Shown in pieces: positions 1-30,820 of a stretch of 64,000 bases of DNA. Where the stretch lies: NCBI RefSeq assembly GCF_006345805.1, contig NC_042999.1, forward strand, positions 158,472,001 to 158,536,000. Direction: 5' to 3'. Both the position numbers and the translations under genes were made by a program. The stretch's first letter is position 1. The number at the start of each line of letters is the position of its first letter. The notes below the pieces were generated by a model. It was not told the DNA's origin and made no database searches. It was given only the letters and a program-made list of their open reading frames with translations. Source of the DNA: Octopus sinensis (lineage: Eukaryota).

Positions 1-29
1 GTAAAATTAAAATAATTTTATCTTATATC

Positions 30-257
30 ATTTACTTATTTCAATCATTAGACGGTGGTCATGCAGGGGTACTTCCTTGAAGAATTTTAGTCGAACGATT
101 TGGCTTCAGTACATATTTTTATAGCCTGGTATTTATTCTATAGATCCCTAATGCTGAACCGCTAAGTTACGAGGACTTAACCGCACCAGCACTGGGTTTT
201 CAAGTGGTGGTGGGGGACAAACATAGTCACAAAGAGACACACGTGGACATACATACA

Positions 258-289
<32 letters not shown>

Positions 290-300
290 GACAGACAGAA

Positions 301-337
<37 letters not shown>

Positions 338-402
338 CAGATATATATATATATATAGATAGATAGATAGAGATAGATAGATAGATAGACAGACAGACAG
401 GC

Positions 403-439
<37 letters not shown>

Positions 440-573
440 TGAATATAGTTATATACGAGGAACTTCTTTCACTTTCCGTCTACAAATCCATTCACAAGGT
501 TTTGGTCGGCCTGAGGCAATCATAGAGGTACAGATGTGGTTGAGAAGCAAACTTCTTATTACACAGTCACGAC
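30..573 (-). mobile_element. SINE family C (tRNA-like head, internal microsatellite), diverged copy
   Basis: Diverged match to the copies at 37057-37477 and 50803-51207 (ccgctaagt, ggacaaaca, ttccgtctacaaatcca, ggtcggcc); internal (CATA)/(TA)/(GATA) tract. Confidence 0.7.
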
Positions 574-1661
574 TGAGGATCAAAATGTAGAAATGCATTA
601 GAAATAGGTTCACTCATACGTTCATATGAACCTGATTCTGTTCCGATGAACTGACGTGCACATTCTGATACTGATAGCATAATGAAGAAAGATAATGCCT
701 TATTAAATTATTTTGCTAACGTTTTGATTGAGATGGATATTCTGATCTGGTGCACAACGAAACTACTTTCATATACTTTCATCGGATTTCTTATACAGAA
801 TTCAGAAATGAACATTATTCTATCTTACGAGAACTGGCTGTCATATGTTGTGCAGCTACTAATCCCTAGAAACGTAGAATTAGCAAAGTGTTGTTGCTAA
901 ATCAATCATAATTTAAAGAATTCTATCCTCATACAATATCTGTCGTTTGTCATGCTAAACTATATATATAGTTTCCTTGCCATATATAATAAATAGTCCC
1001 ATGCAACTGCGTTCAATATCCTAAACGCAAGGACAGCTTACTGTTAGATCAGGTATACAATTTCTAAATGCACGCTGAGAGAAATTGCAATCGTTCATTA
1101 TTGAAATAAATCCATTTCATGACACAGTAGTAGTTCAGTATGAGATCTCATTCTTTGTTATAAAATTTCTATCTTTTTTATTGGAGGTTTTCGTAATTAT
1201 AATATATCGAATAGATTATTGTAATATTCATCGCTTTAGGATTCATAATTCCTCCTTTCATTCGAAAGGAAATATATTTTGTGTAAGGTATACATTGATT
1301 TTACTCAGAAATGATTTGGTAGCGAATGTATAATGTTCGAAAATATATTCTTGGTCTTAAACGCAATTCGTAGATATTGTTTTTAAGAACAAGAGTAAAA
1401 TTCTATACGGATTATCACGGAAAGCACTAAAGACACAGAAAGAGTGGGGCACACACACAGGCACGCATACACGTGTCCACAGACACACACATATGCACAT
1501 TACCACTCCGTCTACGTATACATGGCAACACACACACTCGCTACCATACACACGCACAGTATCACAGACACATGCCACCACGACAAGTACACACGCCACC
1601 ACGCACACACAAAGTTAATGCCACACACACGCTACCATATACCCGCACGCTATGACACACA

Positions 1662-3913
1662 TGTCTCTTCTATCTGCTTTATAACCTCCCCCACGGTATC
1701 GTTAGCCCGTCCATACATTTGATTTTGCTTCTCTTCAAGATTAACACACCACATTTTCTCAGTCCGAACTCCATTCTGATATCAGCACTGAAGGTATAGA
1801 CCGTATCAACGAAGAAACCGACTTGGGCTTCATCTTTAGCATAAAGTTTGAGGTCATCCATGAATAACAAATGGTTGATTTTTTGTTGTCGGCTTTTGAA
1901 TACATATCAAGCTTTTGCTTTTCTCAATATCAGAGTTAGTGTTATCAAGCAAAATACAAATATCAGTGGGGCGTAGTAGTCCCCTTGCCTGGAAGATGCC
2001 CCTCCTAATTTCTACTGTCCCTAAACTTCTTCGGTATGCTGTAAAGTCTGTACTCCAATTGGCCATACTTTTTCCAAGTAATCGCTAAACATTCGATGCA
2101 ATACCAAATAGGTTTATGCACTCCATAATCCAAGAATGTGGGATCATATCGTACGCCTTACGATAGTTGATCCATGACATGGCTGAGTTACTTTTCTTCC
2201 CCTTGCAGTCTCTAAGTATAGTTTTGTCTATCAGGATTTGATCCTTGGTACCTCTGCGCTTACGCTTGCAACCCTTCTGCTCATGTGGCAGGAGTCCATA
2301 TTTTCCCAGATGTTTGTTCATTTTGTTCATTGACTCTGCGAGTATTCCAGTCAATAATTTCCACATAAGTGGCAAATAGGATATCGGCCTGTAATTGTCT
2401 ACCATATTGCGCTTTTCGATGTTTTTCAGGCATAGCAATGTCCTACCCAATGTCAACCACTCTGGTGTTCCTTGGTCGGCATTTAACAAAGTGTTGAGTT
2501 GCTCAGCTGTTCGTGCATGATACTCACCAAATCTTTTGATCCAGTACCCTTGAACTCCATCTGGTCCCGGAGCCTTCCAGTTGCTCAATGTTTTGCTGAT
2601 TTCCTTCACTTCCCTAACTGAAATGACTAGTTCTGCCTGTTTTGGAATGACTACTGTTTGTTTCAGTTCTCGCAACCATTCAGCACCATTCTTGTGCCCC
2701 TTGTCCTTGCTCCAGATGTCACTCCAAAACCATTGACTTTCAATGTTATCTGGCACCATTTTTTCATCTGTATGGTCTCAAGTTATTTCGTTGTAGAATC
2801 TCTTCTGATCTATTCTGAATAAAATATTCTAGCGGTAACCCTTCATTCTTTGGTCGTATCTTACCATCTTTGCTTTCTTCGCAACGAGGCGCTGTTTCAC
2901 TTCCTCCATTACCACTTTCACGCCCTTTATTTCAGTATTATAGTCCCTTTTCGGCGCCCTGTATTTTTGTTCACTTCCAAGCTCGCCTTTCTCTTTTCAG
3001 TCTAACTCAGAGATTTCCTTCGAGAGAACGTGTAACCCTGTCTGGATTCTTCTTTTGAACCATAGATCTTTTCTTTTGTCACTCCCATTACGTTTCTTTT
3101 TCTTGACATCAACACCCACGTTTTCTGCTACAAGAATACTTGCTGTCTTGATCAAATTATTTGTTTCTGTAATGTTGCTTGTTCTGTTGTATTTCAGAAT
3201 TTCATTGACATTTTTCTTAGTTCAGTTTACATCAATCAAACCTTTTAATGTTGCAAATAATGTCGCTATCGTTCCCCTGTTGTTTTACATCTATTCTGTC
3301 GTAGATTGCCTTGTGTTTATCTGTCATGTCGCCATTAGTTTTATTGTCTTCTTTTAGATCATTTAGATCATCTACAGATCATCTCTCATTTAGATCATCT
3401 CTCGTCAAGTAAACTACCACTGCTCCTTTCCTGTGCTATAGAATTACTCTTCTTTGTAACAATTGTATTTTCATCGTTATCTCTGCTGCAATTTTTCCAA
3501 GACCCGTCTTTTGATAGCTTCGAGTCTACTTCTGTGGACCAAGAATTTTTCTTATTGCTTGATCACATAGTCTCTGTTCTGTGGGTTGAAACAATCCGTT
3601 TTCTCTCCAATGATCATACGCGCGTTGTCGGTAACCCCAAATGTTTATCTACCGGGCTGCTCATGTAGTAACACTCCATGACCACAGCATTAATTTGCAT
3701 TCTCCATCAACGCTATGTGTGGTGGTCCCTTTCTGGATATCGACAGGCTGGAGCCGGACCAGAATCTCCGAACCTACCGGGTGTAACACTGTCACCATCA
3801 TTGGTTTCAGTTTCATAACCACCGTTATTCACAATAGTTTGTTTTTTACATTTTCATTCATATAAGGTAGCGATTATCAGGTTGCGCAATTACCAGTGTA
3901 TCTATCGTGACAC
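1662..3913 (-). mobile_element. Degenerate non-LTR retrotransposon, R4/Dong-like (RT fragments), copy 1
   Basis: RT motifs WKAPGPDG, NYRPIS, QKGC...GTKDQILID, YRKAYD, FQARGL and LFMDDLKLYAK across frameshifted ORFs; N-terminal VMECYY motif. Confidence 0.85.
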
Positions 3914-3950
3914 AAGCTATTATCATCATAATCATCATCATTATTATTAT

Positions 3951-4424
3951 TGAATGAGAGAGCAGTGCATGCCATCAAAGTGACACTGGGGTAAAATATA
4001 CGAAGCCCAATATACCCATCATGACTACCCTTCTGATAAGGGTACACCAGGCACATGCATCACAATCATATGTGCGCGACATGATCTCATATCAAGATAA
4101 ACAGCGCATGACCTTGCAGGTGGGGCCCGGTTAGAATTTTCTTCTGGTCGAGTAGCCCATCCCGCTCAAAAGATCCCTGAACAAGGATTGTTTAAGGATG
4201 TTGAACGAATCACCCATGTTTCCAGAGGTGAATTATTCAAACCCCAAAGAATCCCTCTCAACACATGGCTATGATGCTCCCCCACTACTTCTGCTCGTGA
4301 TCAGAGATGCACATATCGTCAGCCACTAAGGGACATGCTCAACCGGATAAGGTCAAACAACTGAAAAGCAAATTTGTGGTATTGAGTAGAATATTTGCTG
4401 TAGCCCATCTTTTATACGAAGACA
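3951..4424 (-). mobile_element. Unclassified ~470 bp interspersed repeat between (ATT)n tracts, probable non-autonomous retroposon
   Basis: GC-richer non-coding block bounded by (att)n on both sides, ending in an (AAT)n tail on the - strand. Family recognition is from memory only. Confidence 0.4.
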
Positions 4425-4462
4425 AAATTATTATTATTATTATTATTATATTATTATTATTA

Positions 4463-4509
<47 letters not shown>

Positions 4510-4592
4510 TATTATTATTATTATACGTGTGTATATATATGTATGCATATATATACAATATACATATTGGAGGTATATATTTCATTTGTATC

Positions 4593-4631
<39 letters not shown>

Positions 4632-4984
4632 CGCGTATAAATATTACACATGCACATATTCCCTTTCTATTTATTTTTGTTTCTTCTTTTTTAACTTATT
4701 TATAATTTTTTCTATCCACTACTTCACTCTATGACAGGAAACCTATATAGAGATTTTCAAATTCCATAATTTTTTTTACATTTATAACTTACCTGAAGAC
4801 CCCGTGTATCTTCTGGCGAAACTCATAATAGTAAGAGAGTGACTCAACTAGAATAAAATATGTGAGTGTGTTAGTATGTGCGTAGGTATTCGTGTGTATG
4901 TGTGTATATAAGTGTATTTGTAAGAGTGTGTTTATAGATGTCTTGTAATTAATCAATAATATTTGTTTCTCTTTTTTTTTACAG

Positions 4985-22836
<17,852 letters not shown>

Positions 22837-23212
22837 AGCAAGTATGAATAAGGAAAACAGAGTACGTGTCATAATTATACCTAAAGTTCGTTGAATGTAC
22901 CTCATATTATGCAATAATTTATAAACTCTCTCTTTCTCATCATCATTCATCATTGTTTGACTGTGGTCGAGACAATGGAATTTATCATGCTACGCCAAAC
23001 TTCACGGTCCATCATGGCATTACGGAGGTCCTGTTGCTGGATGCCTGTATCCCTGGAGATTGCATCAGGTTAGGAGAGTGTGCGCCCTCTTTCTCATACA
23101 TGCACATACACATATACAAGCATATAAATAAATAGATGAATGAATGCACACATACACACACACAAACAAACACACTCACACAGGCACAGACACAGACACA
23201 GACACAGACACA

Positions 23213-23272
<60 letters not shown>

Positions 23273-23278
23273 TATATA

Positions 23279-23900
23279 TATTGGGTAATCCCATAAATAC
23301 TCTTCCACTAATGTTCTGATCTCGTCTACAGGATTCATATTCTTTTCCGTCCAAATGATTTCGAAAACTGCGGAATAAATGATAATCAGATGAGACAATA
23401 TCTAGCGAGTATGGTGGGTGGGGCATTGTTTCCCATTCAAACTGCTGCAGCCTTTGGAATGTCATCCTAGCTGTATGTGGCCGAGCATTATCTTGATGAA
23501 AGAACTCCTTTCATTGTGAAACAAAAAATGGTCGTTTTCCGATGGCATGCAGGTATCGATGCAATGGTTGAATGACCAAATCTAAGCTTCTCTGCTAGTT
23601 CCACAACAGTTACGATGGGAATTTCTTCCACTAGGGTTTGTAGGACGTCCTTGTCGAGCTTTACAGATCTTCAAGGACGAGGCTAGTCTTCTGAGTTGTA
23701 GTTTTCGGCTCGGAATTTCTGGAACCAACGTTGACACTGGCTTACCCTTATTGTCCGATCCCCATATACTGCATTAATATTCCTCGCACCTTCCGTTGCG
23801 TTGTTGCCTTTATTGAACTCATAAAATAAAATATACCGAATGTATTCCTTTGGCACTTCCATTATAGCTTTGAAAAATAACTGTTAAAATCGAACTGCTC
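23279..23900 (-). mobile_element. Degenerate mariner transposase fragment
   Basis: ORF 23094..23465 contains FEWETMPHPPYSLDIVSSDYHLFRSF (mariner HPPYSPDLAPSDYHLF motif). Boundaries approximate. Confidence 0.75.
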
Positions 23901-26900
23901 TCTTCAAAAATTGCACTAAGAATTAGTACAAGGTAAAATTACTACCTGATTTTATAACAAGTTGATGTAGGTAGTTTATTTTGTCCCCCTCCAAATTTTG
24001 TTCATGCAACTGAAAAACCGCATTATTTCTGGGACGACTCAATATAAATATATCACAAAACTGTTACTCAGAGTTTCTCTTTTCCATTCGTCGGACAGTT
24101 GTGATGAAAAACTCTGGTCTTTCACCACAACTGTCCGAGGAACCTTTGGTATTCGAGTACTACTTTTTACTCATTGTTTTGCACTTATGTGCTCACCTAT
24201 ATATATATATATATATAGATTTACTTATCTCCCGTATGTTGCTAAGTACTGGAGCTACAATAATTGATTATATTTTTAGTTAGATATGACAAGCTTAAAA
24301 GTAAATAGAGTAATTTTTTTCATTTGAAACTTCAAATAACACTTTATGAGCGAGTAACATTTCTATGAGTGAACATGCTAGACATAATAGTTAAATCTAC
24401 ATCCAATCATATGCTATCATCTTCAAAATGAAAAGAATAAGGATCGGATAATGTAGCTCTGGATAGAGGAGTGTGTATAAAAAATAAATAAACTTCAGAT
24501 GGTCATTGCTCAATAAGAGGACATTTTTAGGTTAAACAATAATTACAACTTCAATAACAACAATGACCCATTTATTCCATGGATGTTTCCTAGTAACGAA
24601 GCCTCCATAATATTACTCTTGGCTAAGCTACCTACAATGAGCTTATTCTAAAAATGAACTATCATTGAATAAAATATCAAAAATTAAGTGAATGAAGATA
24701 AACTGAAAGTAAACATGATTTGAAATATAAAGTCTGACACAATGAAATACTGCAATTATATCGTTCATTTTGTTAGTGTCGTGCTCATAAATACCCTCAG
24801 AGAAACGGAGCTGTTAGCAAGAGTAGATGTAGATGTAATATATAATTTAGTCGACTTTGACTTTTATTATTTATAGGTCTATGAAATAAGTACCAGAAAC
24901 AGTTAATCAGTTACATTTTCTAAAGAAAGCAATCAATATTGAAAACAATTTACGGTGTAGATAAGTAAATTATAGTGAACACGTGAAAATTACAAGAAAA
25001 TGAATGGTGGTCATAAATCAAATTAATCCTGTTGGCAAATATATACTTAGTTATAGTTTCGGAATTTTGGTCGTGCAATACTTAAATAGTACGTTGTTGA
25101 TCGCTCGCGGAAGCATCATCTATTCACAAAGGATTTCAGATGGGAAATGTTTTTGTTGTCAATCTAAAATGATTTCCATTCGTTAGATAACAATTCAATT
25201 AGCAGATATTGTTGTGAATAAGACTAATGATTTTCACGAAAGAAAAGTATACCTATCTCTTTTCATTTGACTAACACATTTCAGTTGGGAATATATCATA
25301 GCATTTATCAGTTTAGTTAGAAATAGAAAATGACTGAAAGAAGAGGTATGTACTACCACTGAGTTCAATTTAAAATAGGTTACATCAATTTCTAATTAAC
25401 ATTAACACAAACATAATTACCCACTAATTTCTTATAGAAAATATTTTGTCCGAAATATTAAACTGTATATTCATTATGGCAACCAAACTTACCGGTGAAA
25501 TTTGTTAGCATTTTTATTCATCAAATACATATATCTTGAGAAGAGTCTCAAACTAAATTTTGTTAGAAACCAGCATCTGGTTAGTTATTGGAGTTCATCC
25601 TCTAGAGTTTTAGTCAATTATTTTAGCTCCTGTACTTTACTTCGTACTTAGCAACATACGGGGGATAAGTAAAGTGGAACTGAGAATAAAAGATGTAGCA
25701 GCTTCAAAGTAGAATACTTCAAGCTACTTTTGTTCGATGCACGGACTTTTTAAACTCACTAATCTAATATTAGTAACAACGTCCTAAATTTGATCCACAA
25801 ATACTTCGTTACAGATCACAAATGTCTCAAGCTATTTAATTAGCAAAACTTAAATATTAGCTATACTTGCATAAATAATAGAAGGATTATCAATATTGGC
25901 AGTTCACTCCTCAACAAAACCATCATTTGGTGCCCAAACCACTGTAAGTCCTATAGTCAGTAATCGGCATAATTCCAAGTGTCTGGATAAGTGCAATTAC
26001 TAAAACAATAATGAAGTTATAAAGCCGCTTGGATTTAGCTCTTATGTAGGCAATTATATACATTTTGTGTCAGTATCAGTAACGTACAATCCTCTAAGAA
26101 ATAGTGCATAACTCAAAAGTCCAGATTTAGGTATAAAAACAGGAAAGCAGTCTGAAACTTCATGTCACAAAATTACTGACTTAAGCATCACCCTTCTGCA
26201 TTGCATCTTAGAGACAAGTAAAGCATCTACTTAAATTTCTGCAACCAATCGAGTGATAAGAAATACTTCATCCACAATTAGAATCAGTTTCTAAATGCCA
26301 CTATGAAACCGAGTTCATTAATTCTAACCGCAACAGAATCACCAATTTAAGCTAAAGAAATAGAAGCACATGAAGAAAATGCGCCACTTATGGCTAATCT
26401 CCCCCATGCAAAAGACTTACTCATGTAAGGGATGCCGTATCTCAGCGACCATTACCGGCAGTGCATGCTTCTAAGGAAGACGTGAATTACTAACACCCGA
26501 CTCATTAAAACACTGCAGAATTTTAACATGCAGTGTCTTCATAAAAATTTTATCAGTCCCCGAGTGGAAAAGGATTTCACATATAAAAGTTGTCCGAGGA
26601 TGCAATATCAGCAGCTTAACATCTATAAAAAAACACAATTCAACTGAGATAGACGTGGCTTACGTTCAAAGCAAGCTACGTTATTGTCACTGCCTTTCAG
26701 GTGGGCGAACGAAACAAGTCAACTATCATGGGAAGACTACTTCGAAGCAGAGCAGCATCAGCACTTTAAAGATATGGATGACAGTTCAAAACGTGCGTTC
26801 ATTTTGGTGGTATTGCTGGTGAAAGAAAACAAGATTCATACGATGATTGAGTCCCTCTACCATTTTTACAAAGTAGACAAAGACAGCTACAGTAATTCAT

Positions 26901-27966
26901 TAGAGCTATTACTGAAAAAGAACCGATAGACTCTACTTATCAAGAATTGTTAGAAGTAGAGGTTTGTTAAATTTCGAGCACTTTAACTATCGGTACTGCG
27001 ATTTCAGGCCTGTAGAACTATGGTGTTCATAGTTAGAAAAGCGTATTATAATGTGGTTAGAGAAAATAAATCCCTAATTATAGCTGTTGAGAAACAAATT
27101 ATCAGAAGGACTTACACAAAAGGCAAAACTAGAAGAAAAAAAATTAATGGCGGATATTAGCAGATACTGAATGTGTAGAAAAAAGGCGAATGCATGAATC
27201 ATCATTGAAAAAGATACAAGAGAGTAACGAACGTGACAGTTTATTCTACTCTCTTAGTTATATAAAGGAAGGAAGGGGATTGAGGTTAAAGAGAGGGTGT
27301 TAAGATGCCAGCCAAGTTAGTGGATTTGAAGAGAGTGAAAACGGACCAGCGGGTGTTAGAGTGAATGATAAGTAAAGGATTTTAAGGAACTTTTCCATAT
27401 TTTTGTTTCAAGAAGGTCAGATATGATACTGGAATGAGAAATAACAAACACTGTTAGATCATTGCTATTAGAATGTTATATGAGAATAGAATAGTTATTA
27501 AGTGAATGTGAGAAAACTGAAAAAAAACCCAAAAAAACACAGAACCTAGGCGGACACAATGGTTAAAATTTTCGTAGTTATAATTGGTGTGATACTCGGC
27601 ACAAAACCCAAACTGCCAAAGTTCGAAGTATATTTGAAATGAGACAAACAGTTTTTAGATGATATTGTTATAAGTATTTCTCGTTCGGGCAAAAGCCAAA
27701 ATTTTCGAGGGATATGAGATATACGATTATATTGATCTCAATTCCTGACCAGTAATTTATTTATAATAATAATAATGATTTCAAATTTTGGCACAATGCT
27801 AGCAATTTTGGTGGAGGAGTTAAATCGATTATATCGACCCCAATGTTCAAATGCTTATTATTTTATCGACCGCCAAAGGATGGAAATCAAATTCGATCTC
27901 GGCAGAATAATAATAATAATAATAATAATACACAAATATATATACGCATTGACACACACACACAAA

Positions 27967-28027
<61 letters not shown>

Positions 28028-28384
28028 ACACACACACACACACACAAACACGTAAATATACATGCTCCACTTTATTTGAAAAGTCCGCATAGCATTCATG
28101 AATTATCGAGTTTGATCCAAGTGCTTGAGAACTGAAGCAAGAGTGATGTTCTATAAATTCGAACACACCCAGGCATTCCGCGTAGCATAAGAGAGGGTAA
28201 ACTTGTGTAGAAAACCCTTTGGATTCATTGTACTGGTAATTGAAAGCACTATTCTTTGTCACATGGTGATATTCTCATTTCGTCTAAGGATTACATTAAA
28301 AGTACACCTATCTAAATAATACTCAGCCATATATATTCTAATTCAATAAATCTGACAACCAGAAATTCTAGTCGGTTATTCATA

Positions 28385-28950
28385 TGGTGGCTGCCCCCTC
28401 GTTATCGAGTATGGCCATTGCACGAAGCTTAATCAATGTTGTTATCGTGCAATGCCTGTGCAAGGAGATTTCTTTTTAAGTGAGGAAAGGCTGTGCACAC
28501 AGTCAATCCCACTCACTAAGCAACAGCAGCCATAATCCGAAAAGAAGAACAAATCAACATCATCGGTAACCACTGAGCCGCAGGTTTTATGTCGGAGTTA
28601 TCCCAGTTACCTGAGTTACCTTCTCCTAGAAGGATGCCCTAACAAATGCTAGGAGTCCTTCATTCCCAATGATTTAACCGCGCGATCGGCTATTCAGTCC
28701 GATTATTTCTATGTCCCCGCGCATGATACATCCTTAAGACATTTATTGGATGGCCGTTGACTCTCAAGAGTTCCTCCACCCTTTGCCGGGTTTTGTTTTT
28801 CATCCCGCAGGGCGTCCAATAAACACCCTCTCCACCAAGCAAGCTTGGTGGGGTTGTCGGTTTAGTCGCCGACGACCCGACCATGCAACAGGTTGTACTG
28901 GGTTTCATGTTACCAGTAGCACTCGAAAGTGACCTGACATAATGGTTATT
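28385..28950 (-). mobile_element. Probable RTE-type LINE 5' region or RTE-related retroposon
   Basis: GC-richer non-coding block containing ttttatgtcggagtt...cctgagttaccttctcctaga, reminiscent of RTE 5' UTRs. Recognised from memory only. Confidence 0.35.
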
Positions 28951-29194
28951 CATATACATACATATATACATACAGGTTGTTCATGCAGAATTAAAAATGA
29001 ATGCCGAGTGGCCGGCCGATGTAACACCGAAGCTACAGTGTACCAAGCTAAAGTGGCTTGAAACAGGAGTAACACAAATATCAGTAACATCAATGCCAAC
29101 ACAGGGACATACACTAAAATTTATGTCGGATCTTGTGAATCCAAATTTAAAATTCGCCTGAACAGTTACTGATCTTCTTTCAGTGTCCTCGAGA

Positions 29195-29235
29195 GTCAGT
29201 CTGATGAACGGCAACGGGAAACTCAGAGTAACAGG
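29195..29235 (+). ncRNA. Minimal hammerhead-like motif, slightly decayed, at the end of a Penelope-like fragment
   Basis: gtcagt-CTGATGA-acggcaacgg-GAAA-ctcaga-GTA-acagg. Core nucleotides are intact; stems I and II each carry a mismatch. Confidence 0.5.
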
Positions 29236-29238
29236 TTT

Positions 29239-29273
<35 letters not shown>

Positions 29274-29314
29274 AGATAAATATCAAAGTGAGTTATATAC
29301 AGTAGCGGTAACAC

Positions 29315-29518
29315 ATCGTGACGTATATTTGCCATTTCAATATGGCTACCCCTAAGGGTGGATGCTACTGTAGTTTTTAGCCCCAGGAGGACACACTCCA
29401 TAGACACACTCCTCAAGTGTGTCTATGGCCAGCTGGAGGAGTGTGTCCTCCTGGGGCTAAAAACTACAGTAGCATCCACCCTTAGGGGTAGCCATATTGA
29501 AATGGCAAATATACGTCA

Positions 29519-29522
<4 letters not shown>
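29315..29522. repeat. Perfect inverted repeat with 85-bp arms (29315-29399 / 29438-29522); foldback or MITE-like
   Basis: The arms are exact reverse complements base by base; the 38-nt spacer holds a second hairpin (ccatagacacac/gtgtgtctatgg). Confidence 0.95.
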
Positions 29523-29563
<41 letters not shown>

Positions 29564-29782
29564 AAAATTATAATTAGGATTCAGTAGTGAAACAGTTAGT
29601 TTTAACTGCTATTTCTAAATTTCGGTATGTGGTGAAGCAAATTTTTGCTGAACCCTAATTATAATTTTCATATAGGTTTACCGATAATTGTTCTTTTAAC
29701 ATACCGAACTACTTGGTAAAATTATTAATTATTAATTAATTAATTAATTTTACCCTCTATTATAAATATATATATATATATG

Positions 29783-30820
29783 TGTTAATAAAATAGAACA
29801 TATGCATATATATAAACATATATGTACGTACCTACCTCTACATGTACATATACACGCATATATGTGTACAGGACACCAAAAAGACGTCGAACACATAGAG
29901 AGACGAAACACATAGACACAAACCAAGGAACAAGACAAGCAAAAAAAAAGAGAGATACAGGACAATAAGCACAACGAAAAATCCCCTTCTTCAGTCGCTA
30001 AGGTTTCATCTACTAAACGTTTCGAAGGATAAAAGCGAGACGTATACTTCGAAGAAAACTTCCTTCCCGCGAAAAGCAAATCAATTAAAATTCTGAGATC
30101 TTTTCGCAGAGGGGTAAAAAAAAAAAAAAAAAAAGCAAGACGGTAACGACAGTACAAACATATAAACAGTAAAAAATATATATATAAACAGTGGAAAAAT
30201 AAATATATAACAGTGAGAGACAGGACAAGGAGAACAAGATAAGAAGGGCTGTTAACGCCAGACGAAAAAAGTATTGCAAACGCTGGATTATCGTGGACGA
30301 CGAGAGAGAGAAAATATGTCGACCAGTAGCCTTACAAGGCGGGCGAGAAAAGACAGGATAGCAGTTACGACGGAAGTATCGTCGCAGATGGACGACGGGA
30401 ATGGGGGAGGAGGAGCAAGAGGAAGAGAGAGAAGAAGGGGAATGGTGCGAGGAGACCATGAAGAATGGTGAAAGGGAGAGAGAGAATGAAGAATGAGAGA
30501 GAGAGGAAGAGACAAGTTAAGTGAGGGAAAAAAGACGAAAAAGGGAATGGGAGAGAAAGAAAGAAAGATGCAGAGTCGCGTGAGAGTTAATATCAAGGCT
30601 AACTTGATAAACAGAACAATCTTACTATTTAGGGTGCGTGCGTTTAGTCGTATAATATGTTAATAAAATAGAACATATGCATATATATAAACATATATGT
30701 ACGTACCTACCTCTACATGTACATATACACGCATATATGTGTACAGGACACCAAAAAGACGTCGAACACATAGAGAGACGAAACACATAGACACAAACCA
30801 AGGAACAAGACAAGCAAAAA
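29783..30820 (-). mobile_element. Non-coding Penelope-like element with identical 163-bp terminal direct repeats
   Basis: 29783-29945 equals 30658-30820; a diverged relative lies at 32328-32560 (+). No RT ORF. Confidence 0.65.

Noticed and set aside
996-1052. Candidate upstream exon of the metallopeptidase (aaatag|...cag|gtatac)
   Set aside because: The frame required by the phase of exon 4985 contains a TAG stop; the 5' exon is probably outside the window or unrecognised.
26684-26929. ORF resembling an LTR-retrotransposon gag N-terminus (WEDYFEA...KRAFIL)
   Set aside because: Short, no start codon, no adjoining pol motifs or LTRs seen.
29988-30023. Permuted (type II-like) hammerhead on the - strand (GAAAC...CUGAAGA), also at 53886-53921
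   Set aside because: Stem I/II pairing and the NUH site are inconsistent between the two copies; needs a family consensus.
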